Assembly: GCA_964551965.1 (NCBI GenBank)
Contig: CAZKFB010000003.1
Location: 1 to 59,130, forward strand
From: an uncultured Muribaculaceae bacterium
GTDB taxonomy: Bacteria; Bacillota_I; Bacilli_A; RF39; UBA660
Reading direction: 5' to 3'
DNA: 59,130 bases
Under the pieces are notes generated by a model. That model was not told the DNA's origin and ran no database searches. It saw only the letters and a program-made list of their open reading frames with translations. The position numbers and the translations under genes were made by a program. This document shows, one piece after another, positions 28,153 through 38,673 of this stretch (the first letter of the stretch is position 1; each line of letters starts with the position of its first letter).

Positions 28153-28944
28153 ATGAATTTTGATTTACTCAATCAAATGATTGAATATATTGAATCAAAT
28201 CTTGATAACAAAATAGATTATAATATATTGAGTAAAATAACTAATACTAATATTTTTATTCTTGAAAGAATATTTATGTTTTTAACTAATATGACAATTA
28301 ATGAATACATAAAGAAAAGAAGATTAAGTAAGGCTTTTGAAGAAATAAGAAATACAGATGCTAAGATAATAGATATAGCTTTCAAATATCAATATAATTC
28401 AGCAACTTCTTTTAATCGAGCATTTAAACAACTATTTAATATAACTCCAACAGAATGTCGAAAAGGAGTAGGTAATTATAAAATAATGCCTAAAGAACAT
28501 TTTACAGTTAATAAAGGCAAATATAACTTTGATTATGAAGTTAAAAAAATAGATAGTATTACTCTATATTGTTACCATGTTAGTGCAGAAACTCTAAATG
28601 ATTTATTATATGAAATTAGACATTTATATAAAAGAGTACAAAGTACGGAAATATATGATATTTTCAATGAAATAGGAATGTATGGAGTATATGCCAAAGA
28701 AGGAGATTTACATAATTACTATTTGGGATCTACTAAATATTATCCTGAATTAGAGGAATATAAGATTAAAGAAAATGAATATGCTGAATTTAAATTATTA
28801 TCAAGATATCAAAGAGATATAGTAGATTTAGAAAATAGAATCGATAGACAATGGATACCTTCAACTAATTACCATATAAAGAGTAAATATAAAGTTGAAT
28901 TATATAAAGGTGATTCTTGTTATATTTATCTACCACTCAATTAA
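28153..28944 (+). CDS. AraC-family regulator with GyrI-like effector domain
   Basis: YIKKRRLSKA, IIDIAFKYQYNSATSFNRAFK-P; C-terminal GyrI-like region. Confidence 0.88.
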   Translation: MNFDLLNQMIEYIESNLDNKIDYNILSKITNTNIFILERIFMFLTNMTINEYIKKRRLSKAFEEIRNTDAKIIDIAFKYQYNSATSFNRAFKQLFNITPTECRKGVGNYKIMPKEHFTVNKGKYNFDYEVKKIDSITLYCYHVSAETLNDLLYEIRHLYKRVQSTEIYDIFNEIGMYGVYAKEGDLHNYYLGSTKYYPELEEYKIKENEYAEFKLLSRYQRDIVDLENRIDRQWIPSTNYHIKSKYKVELYKGDSCYIYLPLN

Positions 28945-29015
28945 CTTAACAAATTTAATATTTAAAATGTAAAGAAAAAATCACTTATGTATTCTAAAAT
29001 TGTATTGGTGGTTTT

Positions 29016-30731
29016 ATGTTTAAGAGAAATATTAAAATTACAAGAGATTATTTTTCTTTAGTAAGTTTTAAAAACAAATATCTAATTACTTTTATAATAG
29101 TTGATCTAATAAATGTCTTAGTTAGTTTATTAGTTCCTTATTTTATATCCTTGATTGTTGAAAATGTAACTAATGGTCTTTATGAATTAGCTTTTCTTTT
29201 TGTTATGTTGTTAGGATTAACATATGTATTTAACAAACTTGGATCTTATTGTACTAATTGGTGCTATGCTAATTTCTTTAAGGAAGCTTATGTCGATGTT
29301 CATAAGACTCTTGTAAATAGTATATATAACTTTGATGAAGAGTTTTCAAAGAAAGTATCTGTTGGAAAGATTATTAATTCTTCTAATATGGATATTGTTA
29401 ATATTGCTGAAATACCTTCTTTTATAATTGAATTATCTATTGAGCTAATTCGATTATTAGTCATATACTTTGTATTTGCTAAACAAAATATATTAGTTGC
29501 TATATATGTTATTATAATTAATCTAGTATATTATAATTTTGCTCAAAGATGTAATGATAAGAATACTTTTTATTTTAAGAAGCAAAGAAATTATGCAGAT
29601 AAGATAACGGGATTATTATCACAAATATTAACTGGGCTTAAAGATATTAAGAGTTTTGGTATAGGAGATAAATTAAATAATAAATTGGATGGTTATCGAA
29701 AAAGATGGCAAGAGAGTTATTTCTTAAAGAGAAAATATTATTTTACAAGAAAGACGATAATTGGGTTAATAATGGATCTAGGTAAGATATCACTCTATAT
29801 TATTTTAATAGCATCTCTTATGAAAGGGTTATTACCTATATCAATGTTCTTATTACTTATTTCTTACTATGATAAAGCTCGAGAATCGGTTAATGATATA
29901 ATGGGATTTGATGTATCTATTAGAGAAGAATCAGTTTCTCTTTATCGAATTAATGAAATAATTAATTATGGCAATAATGTATTAAAACTAGATGGAACTA
30001 TTCATAATGATAATATTATGGGTGTTGTTGAATTTAAAAATGTCTCATTTAAATATAGCAATGTTCCAACTTTAAAAAATATTTCTTTTGTTGCTAATCC
30101 TAATGAAGTAACTACAATAGTAGGTAAGACGGGGGCCGGTAAGTCAACTATATTTAATCTATTACTCAGAATGTATAAAGTAGATAAAGGTAAAATACTA
30201 ATAGATAATTTAAATATATATGAGTATTCTAAAGATGTTCATAATTCTAATATTAGTATAGTTAATCAGAAAACTTTTATCTTTAATATGAGTATAAGAG
30301 CTAATTTATCTCTAATTGATTCCAATAAAAAAAGGCAAATAGATGCCTGTAAGAGAGCTGGAATACATGATTTTATAATGTCTTTACCGGATGGGTATAA
30401 TACAATTTTAAAGGAAGATGCAACTAATATAAGTGGTGGTCAAAAACAATTGTTATCTTTAGCTAGAGCACTACTTACTACTTCAGAAATATTGTTACTT
30501 GATGAAGTTACTTCTTCACTAGATCCCAATACCACAAATAAGATTATATCTTTATTAGATGATCTAAAAGTAGATCATACTCTTATCGTTATAACTCATA
30601 ATAAAGATTTAATGAAAGTAGCAGATAAACTTATTGTCTTAAAAGATGGAAGAATAGAATGTATTGGTAAACATGATTATCTAATGGAAAATAGTGAAGT
30701 TTACAGGGAATTGAATGCTATGGATGAATAG
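29016..30731 (+). CDS. ABC exporter, fused permease/ATPase
   Basis: GKTGAGKS, ISGGQKQ, LLDEVTSSLD, ITH. Confidence 0.92.
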   Translation: MFKRNIKITRDYFSLVSFKNKYLITFIIVDLINVLVSLLVPYFISLIVENVTNGLYELAFLFVMLLGLTYVFNKLGSYCTNWCYANFFKEAYVDVHKTLVNSIYNFDEEFSKKVSVGKIINSSNMDIVNIAEIPSFIIELSIELIRLLVIYFVFAKQNILVAIYVIIINLVYYNFAQRCNDKNTFYFKKQRNYADKITGLLSQILTGLKDIKSFGIGDKLNNKLDGYRKRWQESYFLKRKYYFTRKTIIGLIMDLGKISLYIILIASLMKGLLPISMFLLLISYYDKARESVNDIMGFDVSIREESVSLYRINEIINYGNNVLKLDGTIHNDNIMGVVEFKNVSFKYSNVPTLKNISFVANPNEVTTIVGKTGAGKSTIFNLLLRMYKVDKGKILIDNLNIYEYSKDVHNSNISIVNQKTFIFNMSIRANLSLIDSNKKRQIDACKRAGIHDFIMSLPDGYNTILKEDATNISGGQKQLLSLARALLTTSEILLLDEVTSSLDPNTTNKIISLLDDLKVDHTLIVITHNKDLMKVADKLIVLKDGRIECIGKHDYLMENSEVYRELNAMDE

Positions 30732-30757
30732 TATTAATGCGATGCAAATGGGCATAA

Positions 30758-30783
30758 AAAAACTAGGTATATTACCTAGTTTT
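30758..30783. terminator. Bidirectional terminator between ABC gene and tRNA
   Basis: aaaactaggta/tacctagtttt inverted repeat. Confidence 0.7.
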
Positions 30784-30792
30784 AATTTCTAA

Positions 30793-30867
30793 TGGAGCAA
30801 GTGAGGGTAGTCGAAACCCCGTCTCAACCTTGGCAAGGTCGCATTCTAGCCGTTGAACCACACCTGC
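30793..30867 (-). tRNA. tRNA-Gly(GCC)
   Basis: 75-nt cloverleaf: acceptor GCAGGTG/CACTTGC, anticodon loop TTGCCAA, TTCGA loop, encoded CCA. Confidence 0.95.
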
Positions 30868-31018
30868 ATTGCATTAATAATATAACAAATATATTTGATT
30901 AAATCAAGTGTAAAATTACATTAAATTTATTGCCTGTATTTATAATAAGTGGTTTAATAAATTACTATAAATATTATTTCTAATGTGATATAATGGTTTA
31001 TAGTAGAGAGGTAATGAT

Positions 31019-33106
31019 ATGAAAAGTAGATTTAATGAATTACTAAAGAAACTAAAAAATGTTAATTATAAAACTTTACTTATATATATATATACAAATA
31101 TAATTAACTTTTTAAAATATAATCGTCAATTTATATACTATACCATATTTACTGTTTTAAGTTGTACTATATTGAGATATTATACGATTGGTAATTTAAA
31201 AACAATGGATGGTACATATTTTGATTTGGCTGTTATTTTATTGTTTGGTAGTATAGCATATTTATTTAAGCCACGAAAACAATTTGCCTATTTCTTAACT
31301 ATTATGCTTATATTTACTATAATGAATGTTATTAATACAGTTTATTATGCATTCTTTACTTCTTTTGCATCTTTTAGCTTATTAGGTACAGTTGGTCAAA
31401 CTGCTACAGTTGGTGGAGCTGTATTTGAAAAACTTAAGATATATCATTTCATATATTTACTAATGCCAATTTGTTTTACGATAATTCATATTTATTTAAA
31501 GAAACGTGATTATATTAAAGTTGTTGAAAAAGTTGAAGATAGTAAAAAACTATTCTTTGGCGTTGCAATTATTGGTGGTATTTGTCTATTTCTTAATATT
31601 TCTACTTTAGAGGGTAAAGATATTAGTAGATTCTCTAAACAATGGAATAGGGAATATGTAGTTGAAAGATTTGGTGTTATTGTATATCAAGGAAATGATT
31701 TATTTCAAACTATAAGGAGTAAAGTAAATTCAATATTTGGATATGAAGAAGCAGCAAATGAATTTGTTGATTATTATGCTGAAAATACTATTCCAAAGAG
31801 TGATAATAAATATACTAATAAGTTTAAAGGTTATAATGTTATAGTATTACATTTAGAGAGTGTTATGTCATTCCTAGTCGATTTAAAAATCAATGGAGAG
31901 GAAGTAACTCCTAATTTAAATAAGTTAATTCATGAAGGAATGTATTTTGATAACTTCTATCCTCAAGTAAGTACTGGTACTTCTTCTGATAGTGAGTTTA
32001 CATTTAATACAAGTTTAATGCCTGCTCAAACAGGAACTGTTAATGTTAATTTCTTTGATCGTGATTATGTAACTTTAGAAAAGTTATTGAGGGAAAAGAA
32101 TTATTATACTTTCAGTATGCATGGTAATAAAGCAAGTATGTGGAATCGAAATAAAATGCATGAATCTTTAGGTTATTTAGATTTCTATTCTAAAGATTAC
32201 TATGATATTGATGAAGTAATTGGTCTTGGATTATCCGATCATTCATTCTTTCTTCAATCGGAAAAGATTATTAATGATATAAATAAAAATGTTAAGAGTA
32301 AAGATAATGATTATAAAAACTATATGGGTACAATTATAACTTTATCTAACCATACACCTTTTGATATTGATAACTATGTTGATCCAACAACTCTATTTGA
32401 TGTAACATATCATACGGGTTTAAAGGATGAATTTGGTGAGGAAATAGTATATGATTATCTTGAGGGTAAAGATTTTACAACATTTGGTAATTATATTCAA
32501 AGTGTTCATTATGCTGATGAGTGCTTAGGGGAATTCTTCGATTATGTAAGAAGTAGCTCAGATTATGATAAGACATTATTTGTAATGTATGGCGATCATG
32601 CTGCTCAATTATCAAAAAAACAATTTGGTTTATTTGTAAATTATGATTTTGCAACCGGAGAACAAAAACTTGAAACTGATCCAACTTATATCGAATATGA
32701 TTATTATGAGAATGAATTATATAAGAATACTCCATTTATTCTATGGACTAAGGATAAGAAGATTAAGGGCAAAATAAGTTATCCGATGGGAATGATTGAT
32801 GCCTTACCAACAATATCTAATATGTTAGGTATATATAATCCTTATGCTTTAGGACATGATATATTTGAAATTAAGGATGATAATGTTGTAGTATTCCCTA
32901 ATGGCAATTTCTTAACAAATAAACTATACTATAATAACTCTAAGAACGAGAGTAGAATATTTGGCATGGAAACTATCGATAATGACTATATCGAAGAAAA
33001 GAGAAAATATGCAGAAAAGATATTACAAATATCTGATAATATAATAGTATATGATTTAATAAAAAAAGATGGATATAGAATCGAGGAAAAGAAACTTGAA
33101 CAATAA
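31019..33106 (+). CDS. ltaS: LTA synthase family protein (LtaS-like sulfatase)
   Basis: Five TM segments, HLES, SSDSEF, TLSNH, YGDH motifs. Confidence 0.88.
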   Translation: MKSRFNELLKKLKNVNYKTLLIYIYTNIINFLKYNRQFIYYTIFTVLSCTILRYYTIGNLKTMDGTYFDLAVILLFGSIAYLFKPRKQFAYFLTIMLIFTIMNVINTVYYAFFTSFASFSLLGTVGQTATVGGAVFEKLKIYHFIYLLMPICFTIIHIYLKKRDYIKVVEKVEDSKKLFFGVAIIGGICLFLNISTLEGKDISRFSKQWNREYVVERFGVIVYQGNDLFQTIRSKVNSIFGYEEAANEFVDYYAENTIPKSDNKYTNKFKGYNVIVLHLESVMSFLVDLKINGEEVTPNLNKLIHEGMYFDNFYPQVSTGTSSDSEFTFNTSLMPAQTGTVNVNFFDRDYVTLEKLLREKNYYTFSMHGNKASMWNRNKMHESLGYLDFYSKDYYDIDEVIGLGLSDHSFFLQSEKIINDINKNVKSKDNDYKNYMGTIITLSNHTPFDIDNYVDPTTLFDVTYHTGLKDEFGEEIVYDYLEGKDFTTFGNYIQSVHYADECLGEFFDYVRSSSDYDKTLFVMYGDHAAQLSKKQFGLFVNYDFATGEQKLETDPTYIEYDYYENELYKNTPFILWTKDKKIKGKISYPMGMIDALPTISNMLGIYNPYALGHDIFEIKDDNVVVFPNGNFLTNKLYYNNSKNESRIFGMETIDNDYIEEKRKYAEKILQISDNIIVYDLIKKDGYRIEEKKLEQ

Positions 33107-33734
33107 AGATAATAATATAGTAAAAAGTATAATATTTATAATCGTTGTAGTTATTGTTGTTTCTTTAATTGGAATTGGTTCATACTATATTTTATTAAAT
33201 AATGACAATAAGGAAACAAAAGAAACTAATAAGAGTATTGATGAGATTGCTGCCTATAATTTGCGTTTAAATGAAAACGATTCTGAAGAATTTAAAAACG
33301 AATTTAATAATTTAAAGAGTATATTATCAAGTTCTGAAATTGATAAAGATAAGTATGCAGAAAGCGTTGCTAAATTATTTGTTATAGATTTATATACAAT
33401 GGATACTAAGACAAATAAATATGATGTAGGTGGATCTGAATTAGTTCTTCCTGTCTTCAAAGATAATTATACATTAAATGTTACTAATACAATATATAAT
33501 TACTTAGAGGATAATACTGATGGTAAGAGAAATCAAAATTTACCTCACGTTAGAAAAGTTGATGTAATAAAAAATGATACTAAAGAGTATACTATTAGTG
33601 GAGATAATACTCCTTATAATGCCCATGTATTTAATATGAAATTATCATATAAATATGATTTGGGTTATGATTCTGAAGTAGAAGTAATAGTAGTATATAA
33701 AGATAATTTTATGTATGTAGTAGAAAAGAATTAG
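33069..33734 (+). CDS. Membrane-anchored hypothetical protein
   Basis: Single N-terminal TM helix, extracellular domain. Confidence 0.75.
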   Translation: MDIESRKRNLNNKDNNIVKSIIFIIVVVIVVSLIGIGSYYILLNNDNKETKETNKSIDEIAAYNLRLNENDSEEFKNEFNNLKSILSSSEIDKDKYAESVAKLFVIDLYTMDTKTNKYDVGGSELVLPVFKDNYTLNVTNTIYNYLEDNTDGKRNQNLPHVRKVDVIKNDTKEYTISGDNTPYNAHVFNMKLSYKYDLGYDSEVEVIVVYKDNFMYVVEKN

Positions 33735-33777
33735 CAATAATTCTTTTTTTGTTATATAATAGAAACTAAAAAAAGAG

Positions 33778-35319
33778 ATGATGACTATGGTTTGTATAAG
33801 TGAAGTTTTATCTAGATATGGAATAAGTGATTATTTTAGTTATGGAAAGTATATGGCTAAAATAGATAATTATGATTCTTTTGGCTCTGCTAAAGTAATA
33901 TTAGTAACAGCTACTAATCCTACTAAATATGGTGAAGGTAAGACGACTGTTGCTATTGGATTAAATGATGCTATAAACTCCTTAAATCATAAATCTATTG
34001 TTAATTTAAGAGAACCTTCTATGGGTCCAGTATTTGGACTTAAAGGAGGAGCTACGGGTGGAGGAAAAGCTGTTATTAATCCCGAGAATGAAATTAACTT
34101 ACATTTTACTGGCGATATGCATGCTATAACATCAGCTAATAATTTAATATGTGCTATGATTGATAATGAGATTTATCACAATAATAAATTGGATATCGAA
34201 ACAGTTACATTTAATAGATGTATGGATATGAATGATCGTGCTCTTAGAAATATTAATATTGGTACTCGTACAGATCACTTTGATATTACAGCAGCAAGTG
34301 AGATTATGGCGATTCTTTGTTTAGCAACAGACTATGATGATTTAAGACGAAGAATTGATAATATAATAATTGGTTATAATTCTCATTTAATGCCTATTCA
34401 TGTATCAAGTCTTGATATAACGGATGCTATAATGGCAATACTATTTAATGCCATTAAACCTAATGCTGTTGCTACTGGAGAAGGAAACTTAGCTTTAGTT
34501 CATGGTGGTCCTTTTGCCAATATCGCGCATGGATGTTCATCAATAATGAGTTTAAAGACTTCTACTAATTTAAGTGATTATGTTGTGACGGAAGCAGGAT
34601 TTGGTGCTGATGCTGGAGCTTATAAATTTATGGATATATTAATGCGCAATAATAAGATTAACTTATCTGCAATTGTTTTAGTTACTACCATAAGAGCATT
34701 AAAACTAAATGGGGATGGAGATTTATCCCACGGTATCGAAAATTTAAATGCTCATATCGAAAATCTTAGATTAATGAATGACAATATTGTTGTTACTTTA
34801 AATAGGTTTGAAGATGACAAAACGGAAGAGATTAATTTTGTAAATAATTATGTTACTTCATTAAGTTGTGAATTTAGTGTTAATACAGTTTATCGCGATG
34901 GAAGCGCTGGTGCTATAGATCTTGCCAATAAAGTAATGAGTTTTAAAGAAAAAGCAAAAGTAAGGCAACTATATGATCTTGAAGATGATTTATATTATAA
35001 AATAGATTCTTATGTTAAAAATATATGTCATGCTGATGGATTTACTTGTTCTATAGATGTTATGAATAAAATAAATAAACTTGATAGTTATAAATATCCA
35101 ATATGTGTTGCTAAAACTCAATACAGTTTAAGTGATAATGCTAAAATGTTAGGTAATCCTACTGGATATAAAATGACATTAAGAGATATTAAAGTATTGA
35201 ATGGGGCTGAATTAATTGTATGTTATTTCGGTTCAATCATTACTATGCCGGGATTAAATGAATATCCTTCAGCTAAAGAAATATCAATTGAAGATGGCAA
35301 TATTGTTTTACCAAGATAA
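33778..35319 (+). CDS. fhs: Formate--tetrahydrofolate ligase
   Basis: TKYGEGKTT, LREPSMGPVFGLKGGATGGG, HGGPFANIAHG, TEAGFGAD, TMPGL. Confidence 0.95.
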   Translation: MMTMVCISEVLSRYGISDYFSYGKYMAKIDNYDSFGSAKVILVTATNPTKYGEGKTTVAIGLNDAINSLNHKSIVNLREPSMGPVFGLKGGATGGGKAVINPENEINLHFTGDMHAITSANNLICAMIDNEIYHNNKLDIETVTFNRCMDMNDRALRNINIGTRTDHFDITAASEIMAILCLATDYDDLRRRIDNIIIGYNSHLMPIHVSSLDITDAIMAILFNAIKPNAVATGEGNLALVHGGPFANIAHGCSSIMSLKTSTNLSDYVVTEAGFGADAGAYKFMDILMRNNKINLSAIVLVTTIRALKLNGDGDLSHGIENLNAHIENLRLMNDNIVVTLNRFEDDKTEEINFVNNYVTSLSCEFSVNTVYRDGSAGAIDLANKVMSFKEKAKVRQLYDLEDDLYYKIDSYVKNICHADGFTCSIDVMNKINKLDSYKYPICVAKTQYSLSDNAKMLGNPTGYKMTLRDIKVLNGAELIVCYFGSIITMPGLNEYPSAKEISIEDGNIVLPR

Positions 35320-35356
35320 AAAGCCAAAATAAAATGACGAATAATCGTCATTTTTT

Positions 35357-35557
35357 TTAATCTTCATCTAGGTGAGTAAATAAAATACCTATATTAATTA
35401 ATCCAGTTAATCCAACTAGTGAATAAACAATTCTTGAAATCATTGATTCAGCACCAAATATTGCTTGTACTAGATTTATATCTAATAAGCCAATAAATCC
35501 CCAGTTAATAGCACCTATAATGGTAATAACTAAGCAGATTTTTTGTAATGTATTCAT
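35357..35557 (-). CDS. DUF378 family small membrane protein
   Basis: IIGAINWGFIG...LVGL pattern. Confidence 0.85.
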   Translation of the reverse strand: MNTLQKICLVITIIGAINWGFIGLLDINLVQAIFGAESMISRIVYSLVGLTGLINIGILFTHLDED

Positions 35558-35644
35558 AAATCTCCCTCATTTCTATTATTATTGTGAGTATTAATTAATT
35601 TTTTATACATTAAATATAATATTTATCATAATCTTAATTAGGAG

Positions 35645-36721
35645 ATGATTGTTTTGAAAAAAATTATACTTATGTTATTAGGTATAATATTACTTACTGG
35701 TTGTAGTACAAAAACAGATAATTTAAAGAGTTTTAAAGATGCTAATAGTAAACATGAAACATATGAATTAAAGGGCAATATGAAGATTATTAGTAATGAA
35801 GATGAATTTACTTATAAGATAACGGTTGGAGTTAAAGATAATGAATTATTTAAAGTTTCTTTAACAAATACGATTAATGATCATGAACAAATAATCTTAA
35901 GAAATGAAGAAGGAGTTTATGTTGTAACCCCATCTTTAAATAAGAGCTTTAAGTTTATGAGTGAATGGCCAAATAATTCTAGTCAAGCTTATTTAATTGG
36001 TAATTTAGTAAGTGATGTTAGTAAGAATAGCAAAGCTAATATTGAAAGTATTAATAATGGATATCAAATAACGACGACAGTTAATTATCCAAATAATCCT
36101 AAATTAGTTAAAGAGAGTATTAAAACAGATAAGGATTTTAATTTAAAAAGTGTTGATATCATGGATGAAGAGAACAATGTTCTTATGAATGTCGAATTCA
36201 AAGATATCAATTATAAACCGAACTTTTCTCGTGATTACTTTGATTTAAGTGTAACTGATAAAAGTGAAAAGTCGGAGGAAGAAGAGAAAAAAGTTGAAGA
36301 TTGTAAGGAGACTTGCAAAGAAGATGAAGAGTGTAAAAATAGTTGTACGACAAAAAGTACTTCTAATATCTTAGAAGATATCATATATCCATTATATGTT
36401 CCTGTAGATACATATCTTTCTAGTAAAGATACAATAGAAACGAAAGATGGGAACCGTGTAATATTAACATTTGCTGGCGTTGATCCTTTTATTTTAGTTG
36501 AAGAAGTTGCCAACTTTTCTGATGAAATGGAAGTAATTCCCGTAAGTGGTGAACCATTACAAGTTGGTTCTTCAATTGGTGCTTTATCGGATAATTCTAT
36601 ATACTTTACTAGTAATGGAGTAGATTACTATTTAACAAGCAATACACTAAAGAGTAGTGAAATGCAATTAATTGCAGAAAGTATAACAAATGGAACAAAT
36701 TTAGTTGCAGGAGTTAAATAG
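35645..36721 (+). CDS. LolA-like lipoprotein (YdcC-like, C-terminal DUF4367-type region)
   Basis: LTGC lipobox, QIILRNEEGVYVVTPSLNKSFKF, YPLYVP. Confidence 0.75.
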   Translation: MIVLKKIILMLLGIILLTGCSTKTDNLKSFKDANSKHETYELKGNMKIISNEDEFTYKITVGVKDNELFKVSLTNTINDHEQIILRNEEGVYVVTPSLNKSFKFMSEWPNNSSQAYLIGNLVSDVSKNSKANIESINNGYQITTTVNYPNNPKLVKESIKTDKDFNLKSVDIMDEENNVLMNVEFKDINYKPNFSRDYFDLSVTDKSEKSEEEEKKVEDCKETCKEDEECKNSCTTKSTSNILEDIIYPLYVPVDTYLSSKDTIETKDGNRVILTFAGVDPFILVEEVANFSDEMEVIPVSGEPLQVGSSIGALSDNSIYFTSNGVDYYLTSNTLKSSEMQLIAESITNGTNLVAGVK

Positions 36722-36757
36722 TTGTATTATAATATTAACTCGTGAAGAGGTGTAGTT

Positions 36758-36934
36758 ATGGATAAACAAATTGATAGCATTAATGCTTTAGTAACAGCTT
36801 TTGAATCTCGCAACGAACAACTTCACGAAGAGATAAAAAAGAATGAGCGAATTATCGAAGAAATGAAAACGGAGTTAGTTAGTATTCAGGAGAGTATACC
36901 TGACGAAAGTGATAGTAAAATAAAAGTAGCATAA
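36758..36934 (+). CDS. 58-aa coiled-coil small protein, not in ORF track
   Basis: TATAAT 36727, GAGGTG RBS, ATG 36758, TAA 36932-36934. Confidence 0.65.
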   Translation: MDKQIDSINALVTAFESRNEQLHEEIKKNERIIEEMKTELVSIQESIPDESDSKIKVA

Positions 36935-36938
36935 TCAG

Positions 36939-37658
36939 CTACTTTTTATTTTGTATAGAAATAAACTTACGATTTAAATAATATCCTTTATTTGCTTCAA
37001 TAGATTCATCTAGTTCTTTTATTCCGTCATATATTTCATAGTCACGATGAGCATCACTTCCGAAAGTAATACGATTGTCATAGTTGTTTAAATATAGATC
37101 GATTAGTTCACTTTTAGGAAATCCTTCTTCATGTAATCTTCTCTTAGCGGAAGAATTAACTTCTAAAGTTATATTGTTCTTAACCATTGCTTCAAATATT
37201 TGATTTATTAATTCGTATGGAGGATTATCCGGATATTTTCTTCTAATGTAATCTAAGTGACCAATAGAATCTACTAAGCCTTGTTTAGCGATTTGCAAGA
37301 TGGTTTCGTAATAGGCATTAATATCACTAGTTAAAATGTGATTACTACCTATAATATAATCAAGATCTAATTCTTGAATAGCATGCATTTCTTCTTCGTG
37401 CTTTTCTGGATTACCAACTTCGATAGCTTTTAGTATCTTTAAGTTAGGATACATCTCTTGAACTCGCATTATCTCTTCTTTATATAATTTATATCTATTT
37501 ATAAATTGTTTTAGAGAAATAGAATCGAGTTCTAAATGTTCGGATATGGCAATTGCTTCTAAACCTAGAGACTCAGATCTTTTAGCAATACCCTCAATAG
37601 TCATTTGACCATCGTAAGAATAGATTGAATGCATATGTGTATCCATTAAATATTTCAT
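36939..37658 (-). CDS. PHP-domain phosphatase (HisJ-like)
   Basis: DTHMHSIYSYDG, SEH, GSNH, GHLD, LEVNSS, GSDAH. Confidence 0.88.
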   Translation of the reverse strand: MKYLMDTHMHSIYSYDGQMTIEGIAKRSESLGLEAIAISEHLELDSISLKQFINRYKLYKEEIMRVQEMYPNLKILKAIEVGNPEKHEEEMHAIQELDLDYIIGSNHILTSDINAYYETILQIAKQGLVDSIGHLDYIRRKYPDNPPYELINQIFEAMVKNNITLEVNSSAKRRLHEEGFPKSELIDLYLNNYDNRITFGSDAHRDYEIYDGIKELDESIEANKGYYLNRKFISIQNKK

Positions 37659-37766
37659 AATTCCTTCACCCAATTAAAATATACTATAAGATTTATCATA
37701 AATAAAATACTAATAATTTATTATAAAGATAAATAAAATTTATGATATAATTTATTTGGTGATATT

Positions 37767-38639
37767 ATGAATAACATTAATCTAAATTCTTTAAAATATT
37801 TTTATGAAGTAGCATTAACTTTAAATATTACTAAGACAGCAGAAATCTTGAATATTAGTCAACCTGCTTTAACTCATTCCATTAAAGAATTAGAGAGTAG
37901 TTTGAATACTAAACTATTTAATCGATTCAAAAGTGGAGTAACTTTAACTAAAAGCGGAGAGATATTATTTCAATATGCTAGTAGTATATTTAATGATTTA
38001 GGTAGTGCAATTCATATGATTCAAGATGAAAATAATAGTAAAGTTAAGATCTATATTGGAGCAACAACTACGAATTTTTTAGAACCAATTAAAGAAAATT
38101 TAGAAAATCTAAAGAATAAGTATCCTAATGTAGAAATAGATATATCTTTAGAAAGTATTGATGTACTAGATAATAGACGTAAATTAGGTAAGTTAGACAT
38201 ATTAATAAAGAATGATTATGAATTAATGGATAATATGGAAATAGTTAATAGTTTTGAAATAAAAGATTCTTTTATAGTATCTTCGAAACACTTTCCATTA
38301 CTTAATAGTAAAGTATTCTCTTTGAGTGAATTATTAAATAATTATCCTTTTGTTTTACTTAGTAATATAACCCACGGAAGAAGAAACTTTGACAATTATT
38401 TAAAACAGCACAATATTGAATTTACTCCCAATTATGAATTTAATAGTTATAGTTTATGTAAAGAACTTATTCGTATGGGATTTGGTATAGGTATTGGAAA
38501 TCCTATTCACTATGAATCAGAAGAATTTACTATTATAAAAACTGATTTCTCTTTACCGGTAAGAAGCTTTGATATATGTTATAATAAATCTTCAAAAAGT
38601 GAAGCATTAGATTATTTTATTAATAGTTTAAGAAAATAA
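37767..38639 (+). CDS. LysR-family transcriptional regulator
   Basis: NITKTAEILNISQPALTHSIKELE...LFNR...LTKSG. Confidence 0.92.
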   Translation: MNNINLNSLKYFYEVALTLNITKTAEILNISQPALTHSIKELESSLNTKLFNRFKSGVTLTKSGEILFQYASSIFNDLGSAIHMIQDENNSKVKIYIGATTTNFLEPIKENLENLKNKYPNVEIDISLESIDVLDNRRKLGKLDILIKNDYELMDNMEIVNSFEIKDSFIVSSKHFPLLNSKVFSLSELLNNYPFVLLSNITHGRRNFDNYLKQHNIEFTPNYEFNSYSLCKELIRMGFGIGIGNPIHYESEEFTIIKTDFSLPVRSFDICYNKSSKSEALDYFINSLRK

Positions 38640-38673
38640 ATAATTATGGTATAATAACGAGTAGGTGGGACAA

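Noticed and set aside
30793-30810. tRNA-Gly 3' end as attachment site of an island covering the accessory left half
   Set aside because: No integrase in the window and no second copy of the tRNA 3' end spotted by eye; unsupported, though it could lie outside the window.
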